Assembly: GCF_004010195.1 (NCBI RefSeq)
Contig: NW_025214804.1
Span: 1-33,681, forward strand
Source of the DNA: Chiloscyllium plagiosum
Lineage: Eukaryota
DNA: 33,681 bases
Direction: 5' to 3'
Below, piece by piece: positions 11,061 to 26,210 of the stretch. The notes under the pieces are model-generated. The model did not search any database. It worked only from the letters and a program-made list of their open reading frames with translations, and was not told the origin of the DNA. Every line of letters begins with the position of its first letter. The stretch's first letter is position 1. The position numbers and the translations under genes were made by a program.

Positions 11061-14000
11061 GCTCTCTCACACACTCACTGTCCCCTCTGCTCTCTCACAC
11101 ACTCACTGTCCCCTCTGCTCTCTCACACACTCACTGTCCCCTCTGCTCTCTCACACACTCACTGTCCCCTCTGCTCTCTCACACACTCACTGTCCCCTCT
11201 GCTCTCTCACACACTCACTGTCCCCTCTGCTCTCTCACACACTCACTGTCCCCTCTGCTCTCTCACACACTCACTGTCCCCTCTGCTCTCTCACACACTC
11301 ACTGTCCCCTCTGCTCTCTCACACACTCACTGTCCCCTCTGCTCTCTCACACACTCACTGTCCCCTCTGCTCTCTCACACACTCACTGTCCCCTCTGCTC
11401 TCTCACACACTCACTGTCCCCTCTGCTCTCTCACACACTCACTGTCCCCTCTGCTCTCTCACACACTCACTGTCCCCTCTGCTCTCTCACACACTCACTG
11501 TCCCCTCTGCTCTCTCACACACTCACTGTCCCCTCTGCTCTCTCACACACTCACTGTCCCCTCTGCTCTCTCACACACTCACTGTCCCCTCTGCTCTCTC
11601 ACACACTCACTGTCCCCTCTGCTCTCTCACACACTCACTGTCCCCTCTGCTCTCTCACACACTCACTGTCCCCTCTGCTCTCTCACACACTCACTGTCCC
11701 CTCTGCTCTCTCACACACTCACTGTCCCCTCTGCTCTCTCACACACTCACTGTCCCCTCTGCTCTCTCACACACTCACTGTCCCCTCTGCTCTCTCACAC
11801 ACTCACTGTCCCCTCTGCTCTCTCACACACTCACTGTCCCCTCTGCTCTCTCACACACTCACTGTCCCCTCTGCTCTCTCACACACTCACTGTCCCCTCT
11901 GCTCTCTCACACACTCACTGTCCCCTCTGCTCTCTCACACACTCACTGTCCCCTCTGCTCTCTCACACACTCACTGTCCCCTCTGCTCTCTCACACACTC
12001 ACTGTCCCCTCTGCTCTCTCACACACTCACTGTCCCCTCTGCTCTCTCACACACTCACTGTCCCCTCTGCTCTCTCACACACTCACTGTCCCCTCTGCTC
12101 TCTCACACACTCACTGTCCCCTCTGCTCTCTCACACACTCACTGTCCCCTCTGCTCTCTCACACACTCACTGTCCCCTCTGCTCTCTCACACACTCACTG
12201 TCCCCTCTGCTCTCTCACACACTCACTGTCCCCTCTGCTCTCTCACACACTCACTGTCCCCTCTGCTCTCTCACACACTCACTGTCCCCTCTGCTCTCTC
12301 ACACACTCACTGTCCCCTCTGCTCTCTCACACACTCACTGTCCCCTCTGCTCTCTCACACACTCACTGTCCCCTCTGCTCTCTCACACACTCACTGTCCC
12401 CTCTGCTCTCTCACACACTCACTGTCCCCTCTGCTCTCTCACACACTCACTGTCCCCTCTGCTCTCTCACACACTCACTGTCCCCTCTGCTCTCTCACAC
12501 ACTCACTGTCCCCTCTGCTCTCTCACACACTCACTGTCCCCTCTGCTCTCTCACACACTCACTGTCCCCTCTGCTCTCTCACACACTCACTGTCCCCTCT
12601 GCTCTCTCACACACTCACTGTCCCCTCTGCTCTCTCACACACTCACTGTCCCCTCTGCTCTCTCACACACTCACTGTCCCCTCTGCTCTCTCACACACTC
12701 ACTGTCCCCTCTGCTCTCTCACACACTCACTGTCCCCTCTGCTCTCTCACACACTCACTGTCCCCTCTGCTCTCTCACACACTCACTGTCCCCTCTGCTC
12801 TCTCACACACTCACTGTCCCCTCTGCTCTCTCACACACTCACTGTCCCCTCTGCTCTCTCACACACTCACTGTCCCCTCTGCTCTCTCACACACTCACTG
12901 TCCCCTCTGCTCTCTCACACACTCACTGTCCCCTCTGCTCTCTCACACACTCACTGTCCCCTCTGCTCTCTCACACACTCACTGTCCCCTCTGCTCTCTC
13001 ACACACTCACTGTCCCCTCTGCTCTCTCACACACTCACTGTCCCCTCTGCTCTCTCACACACTCACTGTCCCCTCTGCTCTCTCACACACTCACTGTCCC
13101 CTCTGCTCTCTCACACACTCACTGTCCCCTCTGCTCTCTCACACACTCACTGTCCCCTCTGCTCTCTCACACACTCACTGTCCCCTCTGCTCTCTCACAC
13201 ACTCACTGTCCCCTCTGCTCTCTCACACACTCACTGTCCCCTCTGCTCTCTCACACACTCACTGTCCCCTCTGCTCTCTCACACACTCACTGTCCCCTCT
13301 GCTCTCTCACACACTCACTGTCCCCTCTGCTCTCTCACACACTCACTGTCCCCTCTGCTCTCTCACACACTCACTGTCCCCTCTGCTCTCTCACACACTC
13401 ACTGTCCCCTCTGCTCTCTCACACACTCACTGTCCCCTCTGCTCTCTCACACACTCACTGTCCCCTCTGCTCTCTCACACACTCACTGTCCCCTCTGCTC
13501 TCTCACACACTCACTGTCCCCTCTGCTCTCTCACACACTCACTGTCCCCTCTGCTCTCTCACACACTCACTGTCCCCTCTGCTCTCTCACACACTCACTG
13601 TCCCCTCTGCTCTCTCACACACTCACTGTCCCCTCTGCTCTCTCACACACTCACTGTCCCCTCTGCTCTCTCACACACTCACTGTCCCCTCTGCTCTCTC
13701 ACACACTCACTGTCCCCTCTGCTCTCTCACACACTCACTGTCCCCTCTGCTCTCTCACACACTCACTGTCCCCTCTGCTCTCTCACACACTCACTGTCCC
13801 CTCTGCTCTCTCACACACTCACTGTCCCCTCTGCTCTCTCACACACTCACTGTCCCCTCTGCTCTCTCACACACTCACTGTCCCCTCTGCTCTCTCACAC
13901 ACTCACTGTCCCCTCTGCTCTCTCACACACTCACTGTCCCCTCTGCTCTCTCACACACTCACTGTCCCCTCTGCTCTCTCACACACTCACTGTCCCCTCT

Positions 14001-17000
14001 GCTCTCTCACACACTCACTGTCCCCTCTGCTCTCTCACACACTCACTGTCCCCTCTGCTCTCTCACACACTCACTGTCCCCTCTGCTCTCTCACACACTC
14101 ACTGTCCCCTCTGCTCTCTCACACACTCACTGTCCCCTCTGCTCTCTCACACACTCACTGTCCCCTCTGCTCTCTCACACACTCACTGTCCCCTCTGCTC
14201 TCTCACACACTCACTGTCCCCTCTGCTCTCTCACACACTCACTGTCCCCTCTGCTCTCTCACACACTCACTGTCCCCTCTGCTCTCTCACACACTCACTG
14301 TCCCCTCTGCTCTCTCACACACTCACTGTCCCCTCTGCTCTCTCACACACTCACTGTCCCCTCTGCTCTCTCACACACTCACTGTCCCCTCTGCTCTCTC
14401 ACACACTCACTGTCCCCTCTGCTCTCTCACACACTCACTGTCCCCTCTGCTCTCTCACACACTCACTGTCCCCTCTGCTCTCTCACACACTCACTGTCCC
14501 CTCTGCTCTCTCACACACTCACTGTCCCCTCTGCTCTCTCACACACTCACTGTCCCCTCTGCTCTCTCACACACTCACTGTCCCCTCTGCTCTCTCACAC
14601 ACTCACTGTCCCCTCTGCTCTCTCACACACTCACTGTCCCCTCTGCTCTCTCACACACTCACTGTCCCCTCTGCTCTCTCACACACTCACTGTCCCCTCT
14701 GCTCTCTCACACACTCACTGTCCCCTCTGCTCTCTCACACACTCACTGTCCCCTCTGCTCTCTCACACACTCACTGTCCCCTCTGCTCTCTCACACACTC
14801 ACTGTCCCCTCTGCTCTCTCACACACTCACTGTCCCCTCTGCTCTCTCACACACTCACTGTCCCCTCTGCTCTCTCACACACTCACTGTCCCCTCTGCTC
14901 TCTCACACACTCACTGTCCCCTCTGCTCTCTCACACACTCACTGTCCCCTCTGCTCTCTCACACACTCACTGTCCCCTCTGCTCTCTCACACACTCACTG
15001 TCCCCTCTGCTCTCTCACACACTCACTGTCCCCTCTGCTCTCTCACACACTCACTGTCCCCTCTGCTCTCTCACACACTCACTGTCCCCTCTGCTCTCTC
15101 ACACACTCACTGTCCCCTCTGCTCTCTCACACACTCACTGTCCCCTCTGCTCTCTCACACACTCACTGTCCCCTCTGCTCTCTCACACACTCACTGTCCC
15201 CTCTGCTCTCTCACACACTCACTGTCCCCTCTGCTCTCTCACACACTCACTGTCCCCTCTGCTCTCTCACACACTCACTGTCCCCTCTGCTCTCTCACAC
15301 ACTCACTGTCCCCTCTGCTCTCTCACACACTCACTGTCCCCTCTGCTCTCTCACACACTCACTGTCCCCTCTGCTCTCTCACACACTCACTGTCCCCTCT
15401 GCTCTCTCACACACTCACTGTCCCCTCTGCTCTCTCACACACTCACTGTCCCCTCTGCTCTCTCACACACTCACTGTCCCCTCTGCTCTCTCACACACTC
15501 ACTGTCCCCTCTGCTCTCTCACACACTCACTGTCCCCTCTGCTCTCTCACACACTCACTGTCCCCTCTGCTCTCTCACACACTCACTGTCCCCTCTGCTC
15601 TCTCACACACTCACTGTCCCCTCTGCTCTCTCACACACTCACTGTCCCCTCTGCTCTCTCACACACTCACTGTCCCCTCTGCTCTCTCACACACTCACTG
15701 TCCCCTCTGCTCTCTCACACACTCACTGTCCCCTCTGCTCTCTCACACACTCACTGTCCCCTCTGCTCTCTCACACACTCACTGTCCCCTCTGCTCTCTC
15801 ACACACTCACTGTCCCCTCTGCTCTCTCACACACTCACTGTCCCCTCTGCTCTCTCACACACTCACTGTCCCCTCTGCTCTCTCACACACTCACTGTCCC
15901 CTCTGCTCTCTCACACACTCACTGTCCCCTCTGCTCTCTCACACACTCACTGTCCCCTCTGCTCTCTCACACACTCACTGTCCCCTCTGCTCTCTCACAC
16001 ACTCACTGTCCCCTCTGCTCTCTCACACACTCACTGTCCCCTCTGCTCTCTCACACACTCACTGTCCCCTCTGCTCTCTCACACACTCACTGTCCCCTCT
16101 GCTCTCTCACACACTCACTGTCCCCTCTGCTCTCTCACACACTCACTGTCCCCTCTGCTCTCTCACACACTCACTGTCCCCTCTGCTCTCTCACACACTC
16201 ACTGTCCCCTCTGCTCTCTCACACACTCACTGTCCCCTCTGCTCTCTCACACACTCACTGTCCCCTCTGCTCTCTCACACACTCACTGTCCCCTCTGCTC
16301 TCTCACACACTCACTGTCCCCTCTGCTCTCTCACACACTCACTGTCCCCTCTGCTCTCTCACACACTCACTGTCCCCTCTGCTCTCTCACACACTCACTG
16401 TCCCCTCTGCTCTCTCACACACTCACTGTCCCCTCTGCTCTCTCACACACTCACTGTCCCCTCTGCTCTCTCACACACTCACTGTCCCCTCTGCTCTCTC
16501 ACACACTCACTGTCCCCTCTGCTCTCTCACACACTCACTGTCCCCTCTGCTCTCTCACACACTCACTGTCCCCTCTGCTCTCTCACACACTCACTGTCCC
16601 CTCTGCTCTCTCACACACTCACTGTCCCCTCTGCTCTCTCACACACTCACTGTCCCCTCTGCTCTCTCACACACTCACTGTCCCCTCTGCTCTCTCACAC
16701 ACTCACTGTCCCCTCTGCTCTCTCACACACTCACTGTCCCCTCTGCTCTCTCACACACTCACTGTCCCCTCTGCTCTCTCACACACTCACTGTCCCCTCT
16801 GCTCTCTCACACACTCACTGTCCCCTCTGCTCTCTCACACACTCACTGTCCCCTCTGCTCTCTCACACACTCACTGTCCCCTCTGCTCTCTCACACACTC
16901 ACTGTCCCCTCTGCTCTCTCACACACTCACTGTCCCCTCTGCTCTCTCACACACTCACTGTCCCCTCTGCTCTCTCACACACTCACTGTCCCCTCTGCTC

Positions 17001-20000
17001 TCTCACACACTCACTGTCCCCTCTGCTCTCTCACACACTCACTGTCCCCTCTGCTCTCTCACACACTCACTGTCCCCTCTGCTCTCTCACACACTCACTG
17101 TCCCCTCTGCTCTCTCACACACTCACTGTCCCCTCTGCTCTCTCACACACTCACTGTCCCCTCTGCTCTCTCACACACTCACTGTCCCCTCTGCTCTCTC
17201 ACACACTCACTGTCCCCTCTGCTCTCTCACACACTCACTGTCCCCTCTGCTCTCTCACACACTCACTGTCCCCTCTGCTCTCTCACACACTCACTGTCCC
17301 CTCTGCTCTCTCACACACTCACTGTCCCCTCTGCTCTCTCACACACTCACTGTCCCCTCTGCTCTCTCACACACTCACTGTCCCCTCTGCTCTCTCACAC
17401 ACTCACTGTCCCCTCTGCTCTCTCACACACTCACTGTCCCCTCTGCTCTCTCACACACTCACTGTCCCCTCTGCTCTCTCACACACTCACTGTCCCCTCT
17501 GCTCTCTCACACACTCACTGTCCCCTCTGCTCTCTCACACACTCACTGTCCCCTCTGCTCTCTCACACACTCACTGTCCCCTCTGCTCTCTCACACACTC
17601 ACTGTCCCCTCTGCTCTCTCACACACTCACTGTCCCCTCTGCTCTCTCACACACTCACTGTCCCCTCTGCTCTCTCACACACTCACTGTCCCCTCTGCTC
17701 TCTCACACACTCACTGTCCCCTCTGCTCTCTCACACACTCACTGTCCCCTCTGCTCTCTCACACACTCACTGTCCCCTCTGCTCTCTCACACACTCACTG
17801 TCCCCTCTGCTCTCTCACACACTCACTGTCCCCTCTGCTCTCTCACACACTCACTGTCCCCTCTGCTCTCTCACACACTCACTGTCCCCTCTGCTCTCTC
17901 ACACACTCACTGTCCCCTCTGCTCTCTCACACACTCACTGTCCCCTCTGCTCTCTCACACACTCACTGTCCCCTCTGCTCTCTCACACACTCACTGTCCC
18001 CTCTGCTCTCTCACACACTCACTGTCCCCTCTGCTCTCTCACACACTCACTGTCCCCTCTGCTCTCTCACACACTCACTGTCCCCTCTGCTCTCTCACAC
18101 ACTCACTGTCCCCTCTGCTCTCTCACACACTCACTGTCCCCTCTGCTCTCTCACACACTCACTGTCCCCTCTGCTCTCTCACACACTCACTGTCCCCTCT
18201 GCTCTCTCACACACTCACTGTCCCCTCTGCTCTCTCACACACTCACTGTCCCCTCTGCTCTCTCACACACTCACTGTCCCCTCTGCTCTCTCACACACTC
18301 ACTGTCCCCTCTGCTCTCTCACACACTCACTGTCCCCTCTGCTCTCTCACACACTCACTGTCCCCTCTGCTCTCTCACACACTCACTGTCCCCTCTGCTC
18401 TCTCACACACTCACTGTCCCCTCTGCTCTCTCACACACTCACTGTCCCCTCTGCTCTCTCACACACTCACTGTCCCCTCTGCTCTCTCACACACTCACTG
18501 TCCCCTCTGCTCTCTCACACACTCACTGTCCCCTCTGCTCTCTCACACACTCACTGTCCCCTCTGCTCTCTCACACACTCACTGTCCCCTCTGCTCTCTC
18601 ACACACTCACTGTCCCCTCTGCTCTCTCACACACTCACTGTCCCCTCTGCTCTCTCACACACTCACTGTCCCCTCTGCTCTCTCACACACTCACTGTCCC
18701 CTCTGCTCTCTCACACACTCACTGTCCCCTCTGCTCTCTCACACACTCACTGTCCCCTCTGCTCTCTCACACACTCACTGTCCCCTCTGCTCTCTCACAC
18801 ACTCACTGTCCCCTCTGCTCTCTCACACACTCACTGTCCCCTCTGCTCTCTCACACACTCACTGTCCCCTCTGCTCTCTCACACACTCACTGTCCCCTCT
18901 GCTCTCTCACACACTCACTGTCCCCTCTGCTCTCTCACACACTCACTGTCCCCTCTGCTCTCTCACACACTCACTGTCCCCTCTGCTCTCTCACACACTC
19001 ACTGTCCCCTCTGCTCTCTCACACACTCACTGTCCCCTCTGCTCTCTCACACACTCACTGTCCCCTCTGCTCTCTCACACACTCACTGTCCCCTCTGCTC
19101 TCTCACACACTCACTGTCCCCTCTGCTCTCTCACACACTCACTGTCCCCTCTGCTCTCTCACACACTCACTGTCCCCTCTGCTCTCTCACACACTCACTG
19201 TCCCCTCTGCTCTCTCACACACTCACTGTCCCCTCTGCTCTCTCACACACTCACTGTCCCCTCTGCTCTCTCACACACTCACTGTCCCCTCTGCTCTCTC
19301 ACACACTCACTGTCCCCTCTGCTCTCTCACACACTCACTGTCCCCTCTGCTCTCTCACACACTCACTGTCCCCTCTGCTCTCTCACACACTCACTGTCCC
19401 CTCTGCTCTCTCACACACTCACTGTCCCCTCTGCTCTCTCACACACTCACTGTCCCCTCTGCTCTCTCACACACTCACTGTCCCCTCTGCTCTCTCACAC
19501 ACTCACTGTCCCCTCTGCTCTCTCACACACTCACTGTCCCCTCTGCTCTCTCACACACTCACTGTCCCCTCTGCTCTCTCACACACTCACTGTCCCCTCT
19601 GCTCTCTCACACACTCACTGTCCCCTCTGCTCTCTCACACACTCACTGTCCCCTCTGCTCTCTCACACACTCACTGTCCCCTCTGCTCTCTCACACACTC
19701 ACTGTCCCCTCTGCTCTCTCACACACTCACTGTCCCCTCTGCTCTCTCACACACTCACTGTCCCCTCTGCTCTCTCACACACTCACTGTCCCCTCTGCTC
19801 TCTCACACACTCACTGTCCCCTCTGCTCTCTCACACACTCACTGTCCCCTCTGCTCTCTCACACACTCACTGTCCCCTCTGCTCTCTCACACACTCACTG
19901 TCCCCTCTGCTCTCTCACACACTCACTGTCCCCTCTGCTCTCTCACACACTCACTGTCCCCTCTGCTCTCTCACACACTCACTGTCCCCTCTGCTCTCTC

Positions 20001-23000
20001 ACACACTCACTGTCCCCTCTGCTCTCTCACACACTCACTGTCCCCTCTGCTCTCTCACACACTCACTGTCCCCTCTGCTCTCTCACACACTCACTGTCCC
20101 CTCTGCTCTCTCACACACTCACTGTCCCCTCTGCTCTCTCACACACTCACTGTCCCCTCTGCTCTCTCACACACTCACTGTCCCCTCTGCTCTCTCACAC
20201 ACTCACTGTCCCCTCTGCTCTCTCACACACTCACTGTCCCCTCTGCTCTCTCACACACTCACTGTCCCCTCTGCTCTCTCACACACTCACTGTCCCCTCT
20301 GCTCTCTCACACACTCACTGTCCCCTCTGCTCTCTCACACACTCACTGTCCCCTCTGCTCTCTCACACACTCACTGTCCCCTCTGCTCTCTCACACACTC
20401 ACTGTCCCCTCTGCTCTCTCACACACTCACTGTCCCCTCTGCTCTCTCACACACTCACTGTCCCCTCTGCTCTCTCACACACTCACTGTCCCCTCTGCTC
20501 TCTCACACACTCACTGTCCCCTCTGCTCTCTCACACACTCACTGTCCCCTCTGCTCTCTCACACACTCACTGTCCCCTCTGCTCTCTCACACACTCACTG
20601 TCCCCTCTGCTCTCTCACACACTCACTGTCCCCTCTGCTCTCTCACACACTCACTGTCCCCTCTGCTCTCTCACACACTCACTGTCCCCTCTGCTCTCTC
20701 ACACACTCACTGTCCCCTCTGCTCTCTCACACACTCACTGTCCCCTCTGCTCTCTCACACACTCACTGTCCCCTCTGCTCTCTCACACACTCACTGTCCC
20801 CTCTGCTCTCTCACACACTCACTGTCCCCTCTGCTCTCTCACACACTCACTGTCCCCTCTGCTCTCTCACACACTCACTGTCCCCTCTGCTCTCTCACAC
20901 ACTCACTGTCCCCTCTGCTCTCTCACACACTCACTGTCCCCTCTGCTCTCTCACACACTCACTGTCCCCTCTGCTCTCTCACACACTCACTGTCCCCTCT
21001 GCTCTCTCACACACTCACTGTCCCCTCTGCTCTCTCACACACTCACTGTCCCCTCTGCTCTCTCACACACTCACTGTCCCCTCTGCTCTCTCACACACTC
21101 ACTGTCCCCTCTGCTCTCTCACACACTCACTGTCCCCTCTGCTCTCTCACACACTCACTGTCCCCTCTGCTCTCTCACACACTCACTGTCCCCTCTGCTC
21201 TCTCACACACTCACTGTCCCCTCTGCTCTCTCACACACTCACTGTCCCCTCTGCTCTCTCACACACTCACTGTCCCCTCTGCTCTCTCACACACTCACTG
21301 TCCCCTCTGCTCTCTCACACACTCACTGTCCCCTCTGCTCTCTCACACACTCACTGTCCCCTCTGCTCTCTCACACACTCACTGTCCCCTCTGCTCTCTC
21401 ACACACTCACTGTCCCCTCTGCTCTCTCACACACTCACTGTCCCCTCTGCTCTCTCACACACTCACTGTCCCCTCTGCTCTCTCACACACTCACTGTCCC
21501 CTCTGCTCTCTCACACACTCACTGTCCCCTCTGCTCTCTCACACACTCACTGTCCCCTCTGCTCTCTCACACACTCACTGTCCCCTCTGCTCTCTCACAC
21601 ACTCACTGTCCCCTCTGCTCTCTCACACACTCACTGTCCCCTCTGCTCTCTCACACACTCACTGTCCCCTCTGCTCTCTCACACACTCACTGTCCCCTCT
21701 GCTCTCTCACACACTCACTGTCCCCTCTGCTCTCTCACACACTCACTGTCCCCTCTGCTCTCTCACACACTCACTGTCCCCTCTGCTCTCTCACACACTC
21801 ACTGTCCCCTCTGCTCTCTCACACACTCACTGTCCCCTCTGCTCTCTCACACACTCACTGTCCCCTCTGCTCTCTCACACACTCACTGTCCCCTCTGCTC
21901 TCTCACACACTCACTGTCCCCTCTGCTCTCTCACACACTCACTGTCCCCTCTGCTCTCTCACACACTCACTGTCCCCTCTGCTCTCTCACACACTCACTG
22001 TCCCCTCTGCTCTCTCACACACTCACTGTCCCCTCTGCTCTCTCACACACTCACTGTCCCCTCTGCTCTCTCACACACTCACTGTCCCCTCTGCTCTCTC
22101 ACACACTCACTGTCCCCTCTGCTCTCTCACACACTCACTGTCCCCTCTGCTCTCTCACACACTCACTGTCCCCTCTGCTCTCTCACACACTCACTGTCCC
22201 CTCTGCTCTCTCACACACTCACTGTCCCCTCTGCTCTCTCACACACTCACTGTCCCCTCTGCTCTCTCACACACTCACTGTCCCCTCTGCTCTCTCACAC
22301 ACTCACTGTCCCCTCTGCTCTCTCACACACTCACTGTCCCCTCTGCTCTCTCACACACTCACTGTCCCCTCTGCTCTCTCACACACTCACTGTCCCCTCT
22401 GCTCTCTCACACACTCACTGTCCCCTCTGCTCTCTCACACACTCACTGTCCCCTCTGCTCTCTCACACACTCACTGTCCCCTCTGCTCTCTCACACACTC
22501 ACTGTCCCCTCTGCTCTCTCACACACTCACTGTCCCCTCTGCTCTCTCACACACTCACTGTCCCCTCTGCTCTCTCACACACTCACTGTCCCCTCTGCTC
22601 TCTCACACACTCACTGTCCCCTCTGCTCTCTCACACACTCACTGTCCCCTCTGCTCTCTCACACACTCACTGTCCCCTCTGCTCTCTCACACACTCACTG
22701 TCCCCTCTGCTCTCTCACACACTCACTGTCCCCTCTGCTCTCTCACACACTCACTGTCCCCTCTGCTCTCTCACACACTCACTGTCCCCTCTGCTCTCTC
22801 ACACACTCACTGTCCCCTCTGCTCTCTCACACACTCACTGTCCCCTCTGCTCTCTCACACACTCACTGTCCCCTCTGCTCTCTCACACACTCACTGTCCC
22901 CTCTGCTCTCTCACACACTCACTGTCCCCTCTGCTCTCTCACACACTCACTGTCCCCTCTGCTCTCTCACACACTCACTGTCCCCTCTGCTCTCTCACAC

Positions 23001-25754
23001 ACTCACTGTCCCCTCTGCTCTCTCACACACTCACTGTCCCCTCTGCTCTCTCACACACTCACTGTCCCCTCTGCTCTCTCACACACTCACTGTCCCCTCT
23101 GCTCTCTCACACACTCACTGTCCCCTCTGCTCTCTCACACACTCACTGTCCCCTCTGCTCTCTCACACACTCACTGTCCCCTCTGCTCTCTCACACACTC
23201 ACTGTCCCCTCTGCTCTCTCACACACTCACTGTCCCCTCTGCTCTCTCACACACTCACTGTCCCCTCTGCTCTCTCACACACTCACTGTCCCCTCTGCTC
23301 TCTCACACACTCACTGTCCCCTCTGCTCTCTCACACACTCACTGTCCCCTCTGCTCTCTCACACACTCACTGTCCCCTCTGCTCTCTCACACACTCACTG
23401 TCCCCTCTGCTCTCTCACACACTCACTGTCCCCTCTGCTCTCTCACACACTCACTGTCCCCTCTGCTCTCTCACACACTCACTGTCCCCTCTGCTCTCTC
23501 ACACACTCACTGTCCCCTCTGCTCTCTCACACACTCACTGTCCCCTCTGCTCTCTCACACACTCACTGTCCCCTCTGCTCTCTCACACACTCACTGTCCC
23601 CTCTGCTCTCTCACACACTCACTGTCCCCTCTGCTCTCTCACACACTCACTGTCCCCTCTGCTCTCTCACACACTCACTGTCCCCTCTGCTCTCTCACAC
23701 ACTCACTGTCCCCTCTGCTCTCTCACACACTCACTGTCCCCTCTGCTCTCTCACACACTCACTGTCCCCTCTGCTCTCTCACACACTCACTGTCCCCTCT
23801 GCTCTCTCACACACTCACTGTCCCCTCTGCTCTCTCACACACTCACTGTCCCCTCTGCTCTCTCACACACTCACTGTCCCCTCTGCTCTCTCACACACTC
23901 ACTGTCCCCTCTGCTCTCTCACACACTCACTGTCCCCTCTGCTCTCTCACACACTCACTGTCCCCTCTGCTCTCTCACACACTCACTGTCCCCTCTGCTC
24001 TCTCACACACTCACTGTCCCCTCTGCTCTCTCACACACTCACTGTCCCCTCTGCTCTCTCACACACTCACTGTCCCCTCTGCTCTCTCACACACTCACTG
24101 TCCCCTCTGCTCTCTCACACACTCACTGTCCCCTCTGCTCTCTCACACACTCACTGTCCCCTCTGCTCTCTCACACACTCACTGTCCCCTCTGCTCTCTC
24201 ACACACTCACTGTCCCCTCTGCTCTCTCACACACTCACTGTCCCCTCTGCTCTCTCACACACTCACTGTCCCCTCTGCTCTCTCACACACTCACTGTCCC
24301 CTCTGCTCTCTCACACACTCACTGTCCCCTCTGCTCTCTCACACACTCACTGTCCCCTCTGCTCTCTCACACACTCACTGTCCCCTCTGCTCTCTCACAC
24401 ACTCACTGTCCCCTCTGCTCTCTCACACACTCACTGTCCCCTCTGCTCTCTCACACACTCACTGTCCCCTCTGCTCTCTCACACACTCACTGTCCCCTCT
24501 GCTCTCTCACACACTCACTGTCCCCTCTGCTCTCTCACACACTCACTGTCCCCTCTGCTCTCTCACACACTCACTGTCCCCTCTGCTCTCTCACACACTC
24601 ACTGTCCCCTCTGCTCTCTCACACACTCACTGTCCCCTCTGCTCTCTCACACACTCACTGTCCCCTCTGCTCTCTCACACACTCACTGTCCCCTCTGCTC
24701 TCTCACACACTCACTGTCCCCTCTGCTCTCTCACACACTCACTGTCCCCTCTGCTCTCTCACACACTCACTGTCCCCTCTGCTCTCTCACACACTCACTG
24801 TCCCCTCTGCTCTCTCACACACTCACTGTCCCCTCTGCTCTCTCACACACTCACTGTCCCCTCTGCTCTCTCACACACTCACTGTCCCCTCTGCTCTCTC
24901 ACACACTCACTGTCCCCTCTGCTCTCTCACACACTCACTGTCCCCTCTGCTCTCTCACACACTCACTGTCCCCTCTGCTCTCTCACACACTCACTGTCCC
25001 CTCTGCTCTCTCACACACTCACTGTCCCCTCTGCTCTCTCACACACTCACTGTCCCCTCTGCTCTCTCACACACTCACTGTCCCCTCTGCTCTCTCACAC
25101 ACTCACTGTCCCCTCTGCTCTCTCACACACTCACTGTCCCCTCTGCTCTCTCACACACTCACTGTCCCCTCTGCTCTCTCACACACTCACTGTCCCCTCT
25201 GCTCTCTCACACACTCACTGTCCCCTCTGCTCTCTCACACACTCACTGTCCCCTCTGCTCTCTCACACACTCACTGTCCCCTCTGCTCTCTCACACACTC
25301 ACTGTCCCCTCTGCTCTCTCACACACTCACTGTCCCCTCTGCTCTCTCACACACTCACTGTCCCCTCTGCTCTCTCACACACTCACTGTCCCCTCTGCTC
25401 TCTCACACACTCACTGTCCCCTCTGCTCTCTCACACACTCACTGTCCCCTCTGCTCTCTCACACACTCACTGTCCCCTCTGCTCTCTCACACACTCACTG
25501 TCCCCTCTGCTCTCTCACACACTCACTGTCCCCTCTGCTCTCTCACACACTCACTGTCCCCTCTGCTCTCTCACACACTCACTGTCCCCTCTGCTCTCTC
25601 ACACACTCACTGTCCCCTCTGCTCTCTCACACACTCACTGTCCCCTCTGCTCTCTCACACACTCACTGTCCCCTCTGCTCTCTCACACACTCACTGTCCC
25701 CTCTGCTCTCTCACACACTCACTGTCCCCTCTGCTCTCTCACACACTCACTGTC
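11061..25754. repeat. Perfect 28-bp tandem array (GCTCTCTCACACACTCACTGTCCCCTCT) x ~525
   Basis: The line pattern recurs every 420 bp. I saw no variant until 25755, and the translated ORFs are invariant over the same span. Confidence 0.98.
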
Positions 25755-26210
25755 GCCTCTGCTCTTTCTCACACTCACTGTCCCCTCTGCTCTTTCTCAC
25801 ACTTACCGTCCCCTCTGCTCTCTCACACTCACCATCCTCTCTGCTCTCTCACACACTCACTGTCCCCTCTGCTCTTTCTCACACTTACCGTCCCCTCTGC
25901 TCTCTCACACTCACCATCCTCTCTGCTCTCTCACACACTCACTGTCCCCTCTGCTCTCTCACACACTCACTGTCGCCTCTGCTCTTTCTCACACTCACTG
26001 TCCCCTCTGCTCTTTCTCACACTTACCGTCCCCTCTGCTCTCTCACACTCACCCGTCCCCTCTGCTCTCTCTCATACTCACCGTCCCCTCTGCTCTCTCT
26101 CACACTCACCGTCCCCTCTGCTCTCTCTCATACTCACCGTCCCCTCTGCTCTCTCTCACACTCACCGTCCCCTCTGCTCTCTCTCATACTCACCGTCCCC
26201 TCTGCTGTCC
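25755..26210. repeat. Diverged tail of the 28-bp array (26-29-bp variant units)
   Basis: Variants TGTCGCC, CTTTCTC, CTTACCGTC, CACCATCC and CTCATACTCACCG. Confidence 0.95.

Noticed and set aside
11061..25754. CACTGTC as V(D)J recombination heptamers
   Set aside because: It mismatches CACTGTG/CACAGTG, and there is no nonamer and no V or J segment.
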